Shown: positions 37,473-52,095 of the stretch, one piece after another | How positions within the stretch are numbered: the stretch's first letter is position 1 | Layout: every line of letters begins with the position of its first letter | Origin: Tubulanus polymorphus | Lineage: Eukaryota > Animalia > Nemertea | Assembly: GCF_964204645.1 (NCBI RefSeq) | Contig: NC_134033.1 | Span: 14,268,655 to 14,332,654, forward strand | Direction: 5' to 3' | DNA: 64,000 nucleotides | Program-made: the position numbers and the translations under genes | The notes under the pieces: model-generated | Seen by the model: only the letters and a program-made list of their open reading frames with translations | Told to the model about the DNA's origin: nothing | Database searches by the model: none

Positions 37473-40400
37473 ATGATCGACAAAAATGGAGACGCCAATC
37501 ATAACATACGATTTGATACACAAACAAAAAAACTAGTAAGTGTCACACATGTTATTCGTTGTTTTGGTAGAATTTTCTATTAGTCATATATATCGTTCAA
37601 GCGTCGATTTATTTGAGCTATACAGTCGCAATGAAGTTGTCTTCGGGTGATCTCGGGCGGCGGCTATTGTGAACGGTTATTCCGTGTAATCGATCCGGTG
37701 AAATTAGACACTAATTGCGCCGTTCAATAGAAGCCAAACCGATCGAGGGCGTGTTCCTCCTAATGTAAGATGTTATTCCACACTGGAGCTATAAATATAC
37801 ATTAGCGAGTACCGGTACGGCTGAATACCTGTCGTTGCTGACGTGCTTAACAAGATGATAACATTTGCCCGCGCTTTTCGAGGCGATCATTTTTTCATTC
37901 ACTCGAGTAAAATAAGGCTAAACAAAAATGATACCTTGTTTCTCCGCAGCGGCCGGGTCATTTTTGTAAAATATGATAAAATTTGTAAACAGTTCATTCC
38001 TATAGCGGCCGGGTCTGTTATGGTAAAATTGATCACGATTTCAAAAAAGTAATGTATAGGGTAGATAGGCGGCCGGCCGGGTCAACATTTAAGCTCAGCA
38101 GAGCGGAGAAACAAGGTATCAATTTTTTTTAGCCTAAGATATATAGATTTTCATGCGATTAATAATGCGTATGAAAAATGAGATGTTCGATGAATCATGC
38201 GTCGTTGAGCCTACCAGGAAGTCCCCTGATCTGACGACCATTTCTATAAATGTGATAAAATTTCACCCCGTTTGGTCTTGACGATAATTACCCTTAGACG
38301 CGCCGTGAAAAATTATATAACCCTCGTAAATTATGCGAGTGATTCTCACAACTTCCGCTTTTGGTTGGCGGCGCCACTGTACGGCGTCGAAGGGCCATTG
38401 CCTCATTAGGGATTTAAATGACCAGTGTACATGGCCTTATTAGTTTATTTTCAAGAAATACAGACGAATGCGTATCATGTTATTTTCTGAACTGGTTAAA
38501 GAACGTACGGTCAATTTTACGGTGCCAGGTCAATAATTTAACGTTGACCCGGTGCCGGCAGATGTCAACAACATAAGTCGACCCGTGAGGCATATGTTAT
38601 ATCAAACTTTAGATTGAATATGGGCGGCTTTATCATTATGTAAATCAACAGAATATCCTCCTAAAGACCGCATATAATGCATGGCCTCTCTTTACCTGTT
38701 TACACATACACGTAACACATATATCGATAATATCTAAGTAGCATATATACAGCTGTTCGGAAAGAATGGAACGTTTTGTCAGGATGAAATCTTCATGATA
38801 TGAACTATAACATCGTAATGTACTACTGCTATCACAAGACTCCGCTTAATTTACGTCCATATTTGGATGTCTCACGTTTTAACCTGCAGTTAATATAGTT
38901 CAATCAAAAACAATATGCGACTCGTTGAAGTCCTCTATTCCAACACACGACGCCATTCACGCAGTTCGGGCTGGGATTTTTAACGATGCTTCGATGATTT
39001 ATTTGACCGTCACTATATGGTACGTGTATAATTGCAAAATGAAAAAAAAAAACGAATAACTCGATCGTGATTTGGCACCCGGGTCGAATAGTAAACCCAC
39101 TCTATTTTCCGCTGGAGTCATACGTGATCCGGGACAGCTGTCGTTGTAGCGTTGTATTTCCCTATATCATTGATAATAATACTTTCACCGGTTGATATTA
39201 TGTTTTTGTTCGAAACCTACATTTTACAGCGATTAGAATGAGTGTATATGTTTTGAAAGAAAAAATTCGCGATATTCAGGCTTAACGCAAGCCTGCATGT
39301 ACACGCTTCTCGTACCTACGTTTGTATTGATATGTCAAGGACCCGAAGAACATTATTCATATCAGCGACTACTGAATATTGTTTACCTAACACAAATCTA
39401 CCCTTGAACTTGATATACAAGTATTGAATAAATATATATCGCATTCGAAAAACCGATATCTTCCTCTTCGTATTCGCGTAGTAACATGTGAAGTAATTAA
39501 CTATACGAAAAATTCATGAACCAGAATAAACGATTTATCAAAACGTGACTAGAGAGCTGAAAAGGGAGTCTCAGACAGTTATTTGTTACTTGCTCCTCGC
39601 TTGTCAAATCAGTTATGAAAATGTCTCATAGTTGAGTCTAAATAAACTTCACTGCTCTCTTATGAAAATGGCTCTTGAAATTAAGACTAAGCGTCACAAC
39701 TCTCTTAGTCTTGAAAATGGCTCATAGAATTGAGTCTAAACGTCACTCTTTCTTAGTTTTGAAAATGGCTCATAGAATTGAGTCTAAACGTCACAACTCT
39801 CTTAGTTTTGAAAATGGCTCATAGAATTGAAGTCTATACGTCAAAACTCTCTTAGTTTTGAAAATGGCTCATAGAATTGAGTCGAAATGTCACTATTCTC
39901 TTAGTTTTGAAAATGGCTCATAGAATTGAAGTCTAGACGTCACAACTCTCTTAGTTTTGAAAATGGCTCATAGAATTGAAGTCTAGACGTCACAACTCTC
40001 TTAGTTTTGAAAATGGCTCATAGAATTGAGTCTAAACGTCACAACTCTGTTAGTTTTGAAAATGGCTCATAGAATTGAGTCTAAACGTCACAACTCTCTT
40101 AGTTTTGAAAATGGCTCATAGAATTGAAGTCTATACGTCAAAACTCTCTTAAATTTGAAAATGGCTCATAGAATTGAGTCGAAATGTCACTATTCTCTTA
40201 GTTTTGAAAATGGCTCATAGAATTGAAGTCTATACGTCAAAACTCTCTTAGTTTTGAAAATGGCTCATAGAATTGAGTCGAAATGTCACTATTCTCTTAG
40301 TTTTGAAAATGGCTCATAGAATTGAAGTCTAGACGTCACAACTCTCTTAGTTTTGAAAATGGCTCATAGAATTGAAGTCTAGACGTCACAACTCTCTTAG

Positions 40401-43400
40401 TTTTGAAAATGGCTCATAGAATTGAGTCTAAACGTCACAACTCTGTTAGTTTTGAAAATGGCTCATAGAATTGAGTCTCAACGTCACAACTCTCTTAGTT
40501 TTGAAAATGGCTCATAGAATTGAAGTCTAGACGTCACAACTCTCTTAGTTTTGAAAATGGCTCATAGAATTGAGTCTAAACGTCACAACTCTGTTAGTTT
40601 TGAAAATGGCTCATAGAATTGAGTCTAAACGTCACTACTCTCTTAGTTTTGAAAATGGCTCATAGAATTGAGTCTAAACGTCACAACTCTGTTATTTTTG
40701 AAAATGGCTCATAGAATTGAGTCTAAACGTCACAACTCTCTTAGTTTTGAAAATGGCTCATAGAATTGAGTCGAAATGTCACTACTCTATAACTTAGTTT
40801 TCATCATTTAGTTGTGGGTACAGATTTTGTAAACAGTTTGAGACTATTTCAAGTCTTGAATATTATTGAGCGAGAACCCAAAATAGGAATCAAAACAACA
40901 ACTGTTGTGATGTATTTTGTAAACCACTATTGTAACAGTTGTTGTTCGTTTTCGCAGTTTAGACTTGTCTATTGGAAACCAACATTACCAGGTGTCGTTA
41001 TGAATACAGTGGAACCTCGTTAAAACGATCTCATATTCGATTTATCTGTTTTTACTAACATAGAATTTCATCGCAAATATGATTATTTTGATAATCTCAT
41101 ACTGGATATAACGAACTATCGGTTATATTTAACGAGAATATATTTACTGGGTTAAGCGAGGTTCCTCTGGATGAACCTGTTTTTTCTTTGAATGACTTTT
41201 TTTCAAAGAGTGTACTCAGTCATGGGTGGATCTAGCCTTGGTTTTTGAACTGCTTACACTGTGGAGGGACACCTACGTATATAGTAGCTTAATACGGTGA
41301 ATTGTTACGGCTCTGAGATGCAATCTGAGCACATTTGGGGTATCAAATATGTGATATATCCCATCCATTCATAAAATATGCAATTTCGACCTAAAGGAAA
41401 TATCATTCATAAAACAAATAATAAAAACTTGCCAAAATCACGCGATATCTCTGATCAAAGTCAGATCAACTCATCGATAATGACTCACTTGCCAGAGGCA
41501 TTTCATCCAAGTAAAACTGGATTTTTTCACGACGAACTTGCAAAATAATAAAAGGACACCTGAGTACCGCTGAAGCGGAGCCTGAATCTGTCCCACTCAG
41601 ATGAACGTGTTTTAATGTGTATAGTTAACGGTGAAATTGTATTTTGATACTCATAATAATCACGCTAATAGCTCAAATTTACTGAAGAAAGAGACTTCGA
41701 CAACGATATTTGAACGGTTCATTTCGTTTCTTTTCAGTCGAAATCGACAATCGAAGAGTTGGAGTCGAAATTCTACGAAAGTTTTGAAGAAACTCCGCTC
41801 GTCTCGGCAATAATCACCTACATCATCTATGGAATGCTCGCCATCTTCGGGCATTTCCGGGATTTCCTTCGTAGAAATGGCTACGAGAAAAATCAGTCGG
41901 CCACCGAATCAACTAAATATAAGGTACATGGATACGATTTTCATTTCGACGGAAGCGTCATTTGGCGACGTGAGATAAAAACTATCGTTGGAATTAATTC
42001 TGGCTTGATATTATGTTTCGAAATAAAATCGCCAAACTTTGCAATTTAATCGAAAGCATTTTTCTCTGAGCGGCATTTTGTCGGGATTATTTCTAATTTG
42101 TTTTAATCAATGAGTATTCCTACTACCTGCAGTTGTCCTGGGGATATTTCAATCGAATGAAACGTTTCTTGAAATCTTTTTATCTCACGTCCCCAAGGCG
42201 CTTATACGTACGTAACCACTATGATAAAAATGCTACAACACTTTCTTTGTTTTGTTCTTTTGTCTTGCGTTCTATTTTTGTCTTTCAGTGCTGACTAATT
42301 AATACCCTATGGTGCTGGAGATAATTTGAAAATTTTAAAAAATTCCACCCTAATGCGTTGAATTACGGGAATACCACTATAGTGCGTCTACACTGCGGTG
42401 CGGTGTATCGTTAGTTACGAATATTTCACTATGTTTGACAGGTGCTGCCATTTTTCAAGAGAGATAATTACTAATTACTAATTACATCAAATACACCGCA
42501 GTGCGATGTACTAGCAAAATCTTTCACTGATTTATACACCGCACTGCGGTGTAGACGTAGTGAAAGGGTTTAAGCTGAAATGCTAAGCTGTTTCGATTTT
42601 GTTTTGTTCGTGGTGCGTCAATTTACGTAAAATGAAACCAGAAAACTTAACTTGAATCTTTATTGATGCCTTGAAAAATAGCAAACATATCGTTTCATAT
42701 TGTCGACAATAAATGATATAGTATAAAGTTTATAATATAAAAGATCAATGAAGTTATTTTGGATTTGAAGATATCGATAATGGAGAATTGAATTGACCGG
42801 CAACCAGTCTAGTTCCAAAATATTGATGACGCACAACCCCTCAAAATAATCATTGAAATTTATCAAAAATAAAATAAGAGCGAATAATGAAATCTATTCA
42901 ATTACAAAATAAACACCACAATTCACAATTGTTATTGTTATTTTGAACGCCAAAATTGATGACGCAGTACACTAACTCAACTAGGTGTTAATGTATATGA
43001 ACATTATTGTTACGATTTTTACTGCGTCAAAAAAGAAAAAAAGAATTAGTTCATAAATTAGTCAGGCATGACTCCATAGATTCATGTCATCTAACTGATT
43101 TGTTTTGTAGGAATTCGTACCGTTGTATTCGAGTTTTGAGAGTTTTTTCACGCGTAACATCTACACGCGAATCAGGGATTGTTGGAATCGACCGATATGC
43201 TCAGTGCCCGGAGCCCGACTTCAATTGTTAGAAAGATACACCGAAGACTACGGATGGACTTTCAAGTAATTCTAAAAGCATTATCCGTATAGAAACGTTG
43301 TGTTAGCTCTTGGTGGCACAAATTGTAACCGATGGATCTAGTTGATATTTTGTTATTTGGAAGGAAAAGGGGTTGGAATCAATGTGGAAAGTTTCGTCCA

Positions 43401-46400
43401 TCAGCTCTAAGCCGTTCAGAAGTACTGGGAGAAAATAAGCAAAAATTCAATGAAATTTTCCTCTTTCTACAAATCGATGTTCGACCTTGTTTCACGATAA
43501 TGACATCACTGGGATAGCCTTCAGCGTCCAGGTTCAATATCGGATACTGAAGGGTTTTCATTATCGACGTCATTATTTTGGCTTAAATTTCCTTATGAGT
43601 GAAATTGTACTATGAAAATAATCCCGTGCTAAGATACCATGATAAAAACGTAATTCTTCAAACGTAAAGCGTTTGCGTTTAATGGGTTGCCGCATGCTTG
43701 GCGACATTACCCCGATTCATGCTGTCGGCAGGTATCTAGCGTTACGATGTTACCCGGCGGCATTGTACGCTCGTATTGTAAAGGCCGCTTACCCGCCACG
43801 CGACGAAATATCCCGACGTTGCCGTGGACTACGTCGTCGAAAAAAATCCGTTATGATTAATCGATGCAGTTCGTTTCTGATTAAAATTCATTTCAACGTG
43901 TTTGTCTGAGTATCTGGGTATCGACTGGCGGACTAAATGAACAACAGTCTATAGTGTGTCTCATGAGCCCGGTCTAGCTTTGGGCTTACTGTAGCTATTC
44001 TGAGCTGTAACGAAGTAACCAATATCTAAGCCTGGAGCCAAATCTTTTGATGCCATTAAGAGCCTTAAATCTTGAATTGAGCGCTGAATTCAAATATTCA
44101 AATTTAACGGCGACACTGGTTAATAGAATCCGCCCTTTGAATCTATACTCAATTCAATTCACACTTAATTCATCGACGTTCTCGTTCCTATCAACGCGCG
44201 CACAAGTTAAATGGCGTCTTTTTCAACGCACGAACACATTTTCAATTTGACTATAGTAATCGATCGAAAATGCACTAAAATCAAAATTATATTCTTATTT
44301 CGAATAGGTACACGGGCAAAACGACCGAAGCCGTAAATATGGGTTCGTACAACTATCTAGGATTTGCCGAAAACGACGGACCTTGTTCTCACGAAGCCGT
44401 CGCCGCGACGAGGGAATACGGAGTTGGAGTAAGCAGTTCACGACAGGAGCTAGGTCGGTATTAATACGAACGGGCTCGTTTCGTTCGGCACGATGACACT
44501 TGTGGTACCCGATTTTTTGTCTCTCGTATGAAAGGCCCAATTGAAAACTGGTTTAGTTCACGGTCATACGTACATCGGAATCATGATCAAACATGTCTTG
44601 TACGCGCGCGTGATTAATCGAATGGTTTTTCATTCGTTTGTGTTTCAATGACGATAAATTCCCTGTAGAATCATTGACATTACTTTTTCTTCAAAAATTA
44701 TTTTAAGGCTCTTACGAAATATATTACATCTAACTCGGATATCAATCTGGCGTTCACAACCCCGCAAGGTCTGACTAGAGCGGAGTAGGGTCAGATCGAG
44801 GGGGATTTGAGAGACTTGTACGAGTACATCAAATATTTTTGAGTGCCTTTTTCTATTTTGTCATCAAAGATAATTGGTGCATTTCAGTGCGGTAGTGCCC
44901 CTTGTATTGCATGTGTGGACATCAAAGTGCCCTTTTGGGATGTGACTAATTCTTCGAAACTGGCCCCTGAGGATCCGTCCCAGCTGTGTCAAACAAAACC
45001 CAACCTAGTCATATATCGTCAACATTTTTTTTAAAACGTACTTCATGACGCCTCTAGAGCTTTCCAATGCGTGAATATTCGCCTATTATTTCCGTTACAA
45101 GTACTAGCGATGCAGACGTACTTTTACAAGCGTTTGAATGAAGCACGATGTATTATGTATTATGAGCGTTTTGTCGTTGCAGGTAATTTAGACATACACC
45201 GCGAGCTGGAGAGGAAAGTGGCGCAATTCGTCGGTAAAGAAGCCGCCATTACGTTCGGTATGGGCTTCGCTACGAACTCGATGAATTTGCCGGCTTTAGT
45301 TGGCAAGGTAAGGAGGTCACGTGGTGTCCGGGAACACGGTTTACAGCACTGACGATTGTTGATTCGGGCGTTTATTTTTCATTTCAAAACAAATTAATCG
45401 ATGCGAGTTTAACATTTTCTCCCTATCCGAGGATTGAGATTATTTCAAAGTTAAAAAAAGAATGTTTTTTTTTCGTTATTTACAGGGTTCATAGCGAGTC
45501 TCCTTAATGCGTAAAAGTGCTTTCTTTCGAACAAAAAATTAGTAAGGCCCTTAAAAGTGTTGAAGTTTCACAAAATTTCAAAAAGTGCTGTCGAAGTGTT
45601 TGCTTTTGGTGTCGCAAATAGTCAACATTTTATGTTGTGGATTAGGACGGCGGTCTTAAGTGATAAGAAAAGTTCTTACGCTCCTACAAAAATGCTTAAA
45701 CATTTACTTTTACTTGTACTACGCATCACAGCTGCTTACTTTTACTTTAGCCTTATACGAACTACTATGAACCCTGTATTTGCACTCTAATTTACAACTC
45801 TAATTCACAATGCGATAATTGTTCACGATAATGTTTTACGTGTTTGATTGACTAACATCTAGCAATACATATTACAGGGTTGTCTAGTTTTGAGCGATAC
45901 GCTAAACCACGCCTCGCTCGTGCTGGGCGCACGTTTAACGGGAGCCACGATTCAAACTTTCAAACACAACGGTTAGTAATCCATCGCCAAACGCTCGCAG
46001 CAGGCCTAGAGCCGGCATCCTCGCTTGCCACCGCAGGCTTCAAATGCTCCCGGCAAGCTCTTACCCGTCTCATAGAACGGTTTAAAGTTCCATTAGTCGT
46101 AAGAACGCAATCTTTAAGAAACTTAATGAAACGCAAGTTGTCTGTATTAACCATCGCTGTCCCCAGGATTTTTAAGGGGACAGAGGGTTCAATATCTCTC
46201 GAAAATGGCAAAGAAGTAAAAGAATATTCAATATTTCAAAACTGGAACTCTGACCCCTTCTCGCGGACGCCTATATAATGGTGCGTATAAACGGAAATTT
46301 TGTATTTCGTCAAATCAAGGCCAAAATTTTTCCTCGACTTGTATGTCATGCCGATATCTTAAGATAATTCCGATGGCGTTGATTTCAGTTTAGTTTCTTT

Positions 46401-49400
46401 CTTTTTTTCTGAAAGTTCCTCGACAAAATGTCAAGTAGTTTACCCGCTAAAGCTTTGATCGTTTTGACGATAAAAAATCCTTAAAATAAAATAGTCATCT
46501 GCTCAATTGTCTGTTGATAAAACGACATTATCTTTTCAAAGTCCGCAATTGATATTTCGCGTAAGAATAGAAGTTCTCTAACCATTTTCGAATATTTCTC
46601 AGCCAGGCGACGCCGTATCTCGAAGTTCCAGTAAAAAACACATTTTCTTCTAAAATATTTCCTTTTTCGATACGGAAAATATAATAAGGTCAATCAAGTA
46701 AACGCCGTGGAGAAAGTAGTTGCAACGAATTGAGAAATAGATTAACGGAGGATTTACTCAAATTTCAAGCCGCGCTACCCCGCTAACTGGCAAGCGAGGA
46801 TTCACCAGGTGTCGCTAGTGTGTCGAGTCGGAAATGGTTGGAGTGTAATAAATATTCATACACGTATTCGTATAGCGCGACTTTTCCCATAGCCTACGCC
46901 GTATTCAATGTTCGATATTGCGGCATAGATATTCTTGTTCACGAATAACGTGGTATTTCGAGCAAACAGCTGACAATATTTGCTCGTTTTTTTTTCAATA
47001 TTACCTCAGTCTATTCCAGACGACTGTTCGAATAAGACTAGGTAAACATAGACAAGCGACGAAATCAATTTCGACTCGTAGTGTATGATGTAGTTCGAAG
47101 CCAAAAAATCATACCTTGTTTAATCATGATCAGCCGGGTCGTTTTTGTAAACCGGAGTAATTCATTTCTAAAGCTGCCCGGTTATTGTTAACTTGATCAT
47201 GATTTAAGGAAAAGTTATGTACTGGGTAGATAGGCGACCGGCCGCGTCAACTTTCACACTCAGCAGAAATGAGAGAAAATATATCAATTTTTAGTCTAAA
47301 AAGCGAAAAACATTGACGAACAATGACTAAAAGATCCGTTCACTGACTGCAGAGATTTCAAAATGACATTTTAAACAAATTCCTGAAGATGGATACAGTG
47401 GAACCTCGTTATAACGAATGCGAATCACTTTTTCGGATCTGCGTAATTTCTATATACCCTTCACGGTAAACCGAACTATTCAAAAATTTAGTAAATTATT
47501 TAATTCGAATGATGGAAATGTGTTGTTTAATGAGTGGGTTTTTCATGTACACAGACAGAACGTTTTATCAGAAAGCCTGGGAAAGGAAGCAGATGTTTGT
47601 CTGCATTAAAAATGTGAACAAGAATTTATGAAATTTTGAAAATTTTATCGGTCTATTTTCAGATATGGAACATTTAGAAGAGAAACTCCGTAACGCGGTA
47701 ATTAACGGACAACCTCGCAAAAATCGAGCTTGGAAAAAAATTTTGATAATCATTGAAGGCGTCTACAGGTAAAATATGAAGTTAGATTCACTTGACGTTG
47801 GGTTTAACGCACGTATAGGCGAACTGAAATATCACCGATTATTCTAGCATTACTCGATGTATGCGCCGCGGGCTATCGGAAAACTGTCGAGTGGTTAATT
47901 GGAATCATTTAAGTCAATCGATAAAAACAAACAAGATTCCCCGGTGGACAGCAGACGAAATGTAGTCACGCAAAACGAAATAACGAACGAAAGACGTAGT
48001 TTTTGTAACAGCGCTGACTCGAAACGTTTTCCTCGAATATATGCAAACAGAGCCCGAAATAATCAGGCGTGAAACTCCACGCATTTCTATTGCAGGGTTA
48101 TCTGATTCACTTTATCTATTTAGATATATAGTTTAATAGTTTAGCAATACATTCTATACATTATTGAAAACTGTAAGTTGACACATCGATAGCCGCGATT
48201 TAACCTTCTATAACATAAATCATATATCGTCATTACATAAATCGTTTTTTTACGTGTTTCTATATCGCGAACAAAGCGCGTTTTGCCCCGAGAGACGATA
48301 GAATGTGTTCATGATTATTTTCAAATGGATTTGAAAAAGATTTCAAATTACTAGGGCTACCCAGAGTTGCAAAGTGGCTGATCCTAGTTTATTCCGCTTA
48401 GGTCTATATGAGAACTCCTCAGTTGTATACAGTCGCGTCTGAAGTCCACAAGTAGTCTTAGATTTCATGAATGATCTTAATTTGTTAGATTGGCTATGGT
48501 TGTCCCGATGACGGTCTTACGTAGTCAAATCTAAAATCTAAGCCCTGCTTGCGTAACGGGCTCCTATTGTAACTAAATCCTAGGCCAGTGTTGACCGAAG
48601 CCTTAAAATGTCCCATTTAGGGACAAATACGTTATTTTTTTGCCTGTTTGTTTTTCAGCATGGAAGGCTCCGTCGTAAGACTGCCCGATATTATACGACT
48701 GAAACGTAAATACAAGGCGTACGTCTATTTAGACGAGGCTCACAGTATCGGTGCGTTAGGGCGCACCGGACGAGGGGTCGTCGAGTATTACGGTCTGAAC
48801 CCGGACGACATAGACGTCATGATGGGAACGTTCACGAAAAGTTTTGGCGCCGCCGGCGGTTACATCGCCGCTTCGAAGGTTCGTTAACCCCTGAGGACCG
48901 GGTCCGCGCTCATGACTTTGACTTAAGACCACCACCCAGTTTTATAGCCAATCATTTATAAACAACTTAAGACTCATCTTAAGATTTAAGACTTTCAACT
49001 TAAGTCTTGGCTATGGAACTTGCCCCTGGAGATATTACTGGTAACCCGATTGTTCTCTCTACAACGAACGTTGCGAATTGTTAGGTGGAGAGATTTTTGG
49101 GACCCGATTAGAACCTCGTTACAGTGAATTTCTAAAGACCAGAAAATCCGTCGGTCATAAACGATTGTTCGTAATCTATTGTGAAATTATTGAAATCGTC
49201 CTATTTGGGACGAATTCTAGGTTTGCAATGGCCGTAAAATCGTATTGAATCACGAGGTCGTTATAACCGGGCTCAACTGACGATCAAACCTTGATTTATT
49301 CGATATAGTTCTATAAGTGAATTTTGAAATTACATTAAATCGTTGATTTGAAAAATTCCGTTTAATATATACATGAATCGGTAGTTACCGTTCTTTTCTT

Positions 49401-52095
49401 CATTTTCAAAGAATTTCTAAATGAATCCTGAAATTGATTGAATGAATTTGAATATTTTCCAGCAAGTGATATCACATTTGCGGGCGCATTCGCACAGCGC
49501 AGTATACGCGTGTAGTATGCCGGCACCGGTTGTGCAACAGATTCTGACGAGCATGCGCATTATAACCGGCGAGGACGGTACCGACGAAGGTATTGAATAC
49601 GTTTATTCCAATTTAACTCGACTCGAAGTAAATCCATCAAAGCGTCGATAAATATAAAAAGAAAATTGCTGCGAATATTTTTAAGCACGGCAGTTGTAGT
49701 CGTTATAAACCCTTTATTAACGACATGAGGAACTGTAGGTGTACTGTGTTGCTGGGTAAATACCTATAATCCCCTAATAAATCATCATTTCTCGATAAGC
49801 TCTTATTAGCAGTCTGCAGTTGAACCAAAACCCATAATCAGTAGATGATCAGTAAGCGTTAAGCCCGGAATTCAGAACTGTTATGAGCCGCGATCACGGC
49901 CCGGGTCAAATTGGCACGGATCAGGCTCGAGCCAAATTTGGCCCCAAATTGTAATCAGAGAGCGCGTTATAACACATAATTCTCTAACTTGTTACAAATG
50001 AAATGCTATCATAATGATGTTGTGGTAAGCGAGGTGAATCACTTCCGGAACCGTTAGCACTCAGAGGCAATAATTTGGCCCCTGTCAAACAGTCGCGGAA
50101 CCATTTGGCACCAGTATGAACGCTTGACCCGGGTAAAAAAGCTCGTGTGATCGCGGCTATATTTTTAGCCGTCTTTCTGATAGTCGATTTGTTAATTCAA
50201 ATTATATGATGCGTGTTTCCAATATTTAAACGTGTTTATGATTTACCTCGTTTACAGGTTGTAAAAGAATTCGACAGTTAGCTTGGAATGTTCGCTATTT
50301 TCGCCGGAGATTGCAGGAAATGGGATTCATAGTTTACGGAAACAAAGACTCGCCGGTTGTGCCTTTAATTATATTCATGCCTACGAAACTGGCGTAAGTG
50401 AATTCATCGTTATCATCTCCAGGGACCAGTTCCACAGTTCCGAGTTATGATTTAACTCTCAGTTAAATATTCTTGCTTTCTATAGGGCTATCCTTCACTA
50501 GATATTATAACATCTTGTCGACTCTTTATTCATATTTATATGAAATGTTATGCATGACCATCTGTTATAATTTCTCTTGAAAATAAACTATATATATATA
50601 ACCCACAACTGTGGGACTGGGTCCAGTTTATAAACACGGACATTTTAGTAACCACCTAGCAAGGCCAGCAGCCAGTTGCGCAGTCATTGTTTAGATTCGA
50701 GACCAGTCCGAGACCGTCTTAGTTCTATCATCAATCTAACAACATAAATCTAGTCTAAAGTTTTGAGACCACTTTTGGACTTAAGTCACGACTGGCGCCC
50801 AGGTTCTTTTTTATCAGAAATACTTAAAAGGACAATAATGAAATATAGAATCATTCTTTGAAACGAGGATGTTCGTACAAGTGCATTTTCCCTAAAATCA
50901 TGTTCTTCGAATATTTAAACATGCCAAAAATGCCATTTAAACATGCCATTTTTTCATAGTTCCATTTCGTGCCATTCGCCGCAGCAAATTCCATAAGCGG
51001 CATGTATAAACAACGCTAAGGAATTTCTAGCAATATTTCATTATATAAGGCATGATAATAGTCTCTGGCCTGGAAATCGAACCCAGGTGTGGATAAGCGC
51101 CACTGTATTATCGAGGATTTTCTACATTTCAGCGCGTTTTGTCGTGGAGCGATGAAACGTGGTTTGGCTACAGTCGTCGTCGGGTTTCCAGCGACACCTA
51201 TCATCGAAGCGAGGGCCCGTTTTTGTCTTTCAGCTGCTCACACACTTGCTGATTTAGATACGGTAATTGCCAGTCTATAAAATGAAATTGAATGTTGGTC
51301 ATGGAGTAATTATCTTGAGAAGACAATTATTGCAAGATTGAATTAATTTGAGATACGTAGAAGGATTCCCGTGATGCAATTGTTAAGCTATGATTGGTCA
51401 TGAGACAATTTGCTGAACTCTGATTGGCCAGTAGGTTTTGTGACGATGGAGATGTCCCAGACGTGTTGTTTATAATTTCATATTCTATTTATAAAGAAAA
51501 AACTCATTTCACGATTTTACAAATATGATAATATTTGATCGCTTGCAGGCATTGTCAATAATTGACGAATTAGGAGACGAGTTACGTTTGAAATATTCTC
51601 AAATTCGTTCCGTACCATTTTCGGAATCGGACAACGATTTCTTCGCCGCGAATTTGGTAAGTAACGCGTTACTTTGGTAAGTAACACTTTTTAGTTGTAA
51701 ACGATAATTTAAAAATCTCGCACTTAAGAAAAAAGTTTGGTGTCCGAAATGTCTCTTTGAGCGACTAGTTTCGAATATATCATCTCGACAGACTAAAAGT
51801 AAGCAATGAAATCTAGTAATATTATTATTACCTAGGTTTTGATCATATATAGATAAATTGGTCTCTGTTCTGGATTGTATCTCATAATTTCTCATAATAA
51901 TCCTGAAGATGACTATCAAGATAACGTGGAAACGTTGAATAAACTACCGGCTCAGGGAAACATTTCCGACTCAACGTATTTTCCATTCGTTAAGAAAAAA
52001 AACCGAAATTCTTAGTGATCAATTTTCAGACGAATGAAAGTCGACGGCGGGTGAAGAAGACCGCGCCGACCAGCAATGGATCGGTGCACCTTTAA
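37473..52095 (+). CDS. SPTLC2: Serine palmitoyltransferase long chain base subunit 2 (LCB2), ~553 aa, 13 exons
   Basis: Exons 37473-37535, 41738-41923, 43111-43265, 44308-44453, 45183-45307, 45878-45971, 47663-47768, 48659-48878, 49463-49589, 50258-50393, 51133-51262, 51549-51656, 52030-52095. Motifs: [50 protein letters not shown]-lysine motif [34 protein letters not shown] at ~52379. The first and last exons are less certain. Confidence 0.95.
37916..38134. mobile_element. PIF/Harbinger-type MITE, family A, in SPTLC2 intron 1
   Basis: TAA|GGCTAAACAAAAATGATACCTTG...CAAGGTATCAATTTTTTTTAGCC|TAA: TIRs flanked by a TAA target-site duplication. Confidence 0.75.
39615..40800 (+). repeat. 49-50-bp minisatellite x ~24; the unit resembles a minimal hammerhead ribozyme
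   Basis: Unit GAAAATGGCTCATAGAATTGAGTCTAAACGTCACAACTCTCTTAGTTTT with recurring variants; located in SPTLC2 intron 1. Confidence 0.97.
42282..42568. mobile_element. piggyBac-type MITE copy
   Basis: Near-identical internal sequence to 27143-27408 (reverse complement); ends TGAAAGGG. Confidence 0.75.

Noticed and set aside
39615-40800. CRISPR-like array
   Set aside because: There are no unique spacers or cas genes; these are head-to-tail satellite units in a eukaryotic intron.
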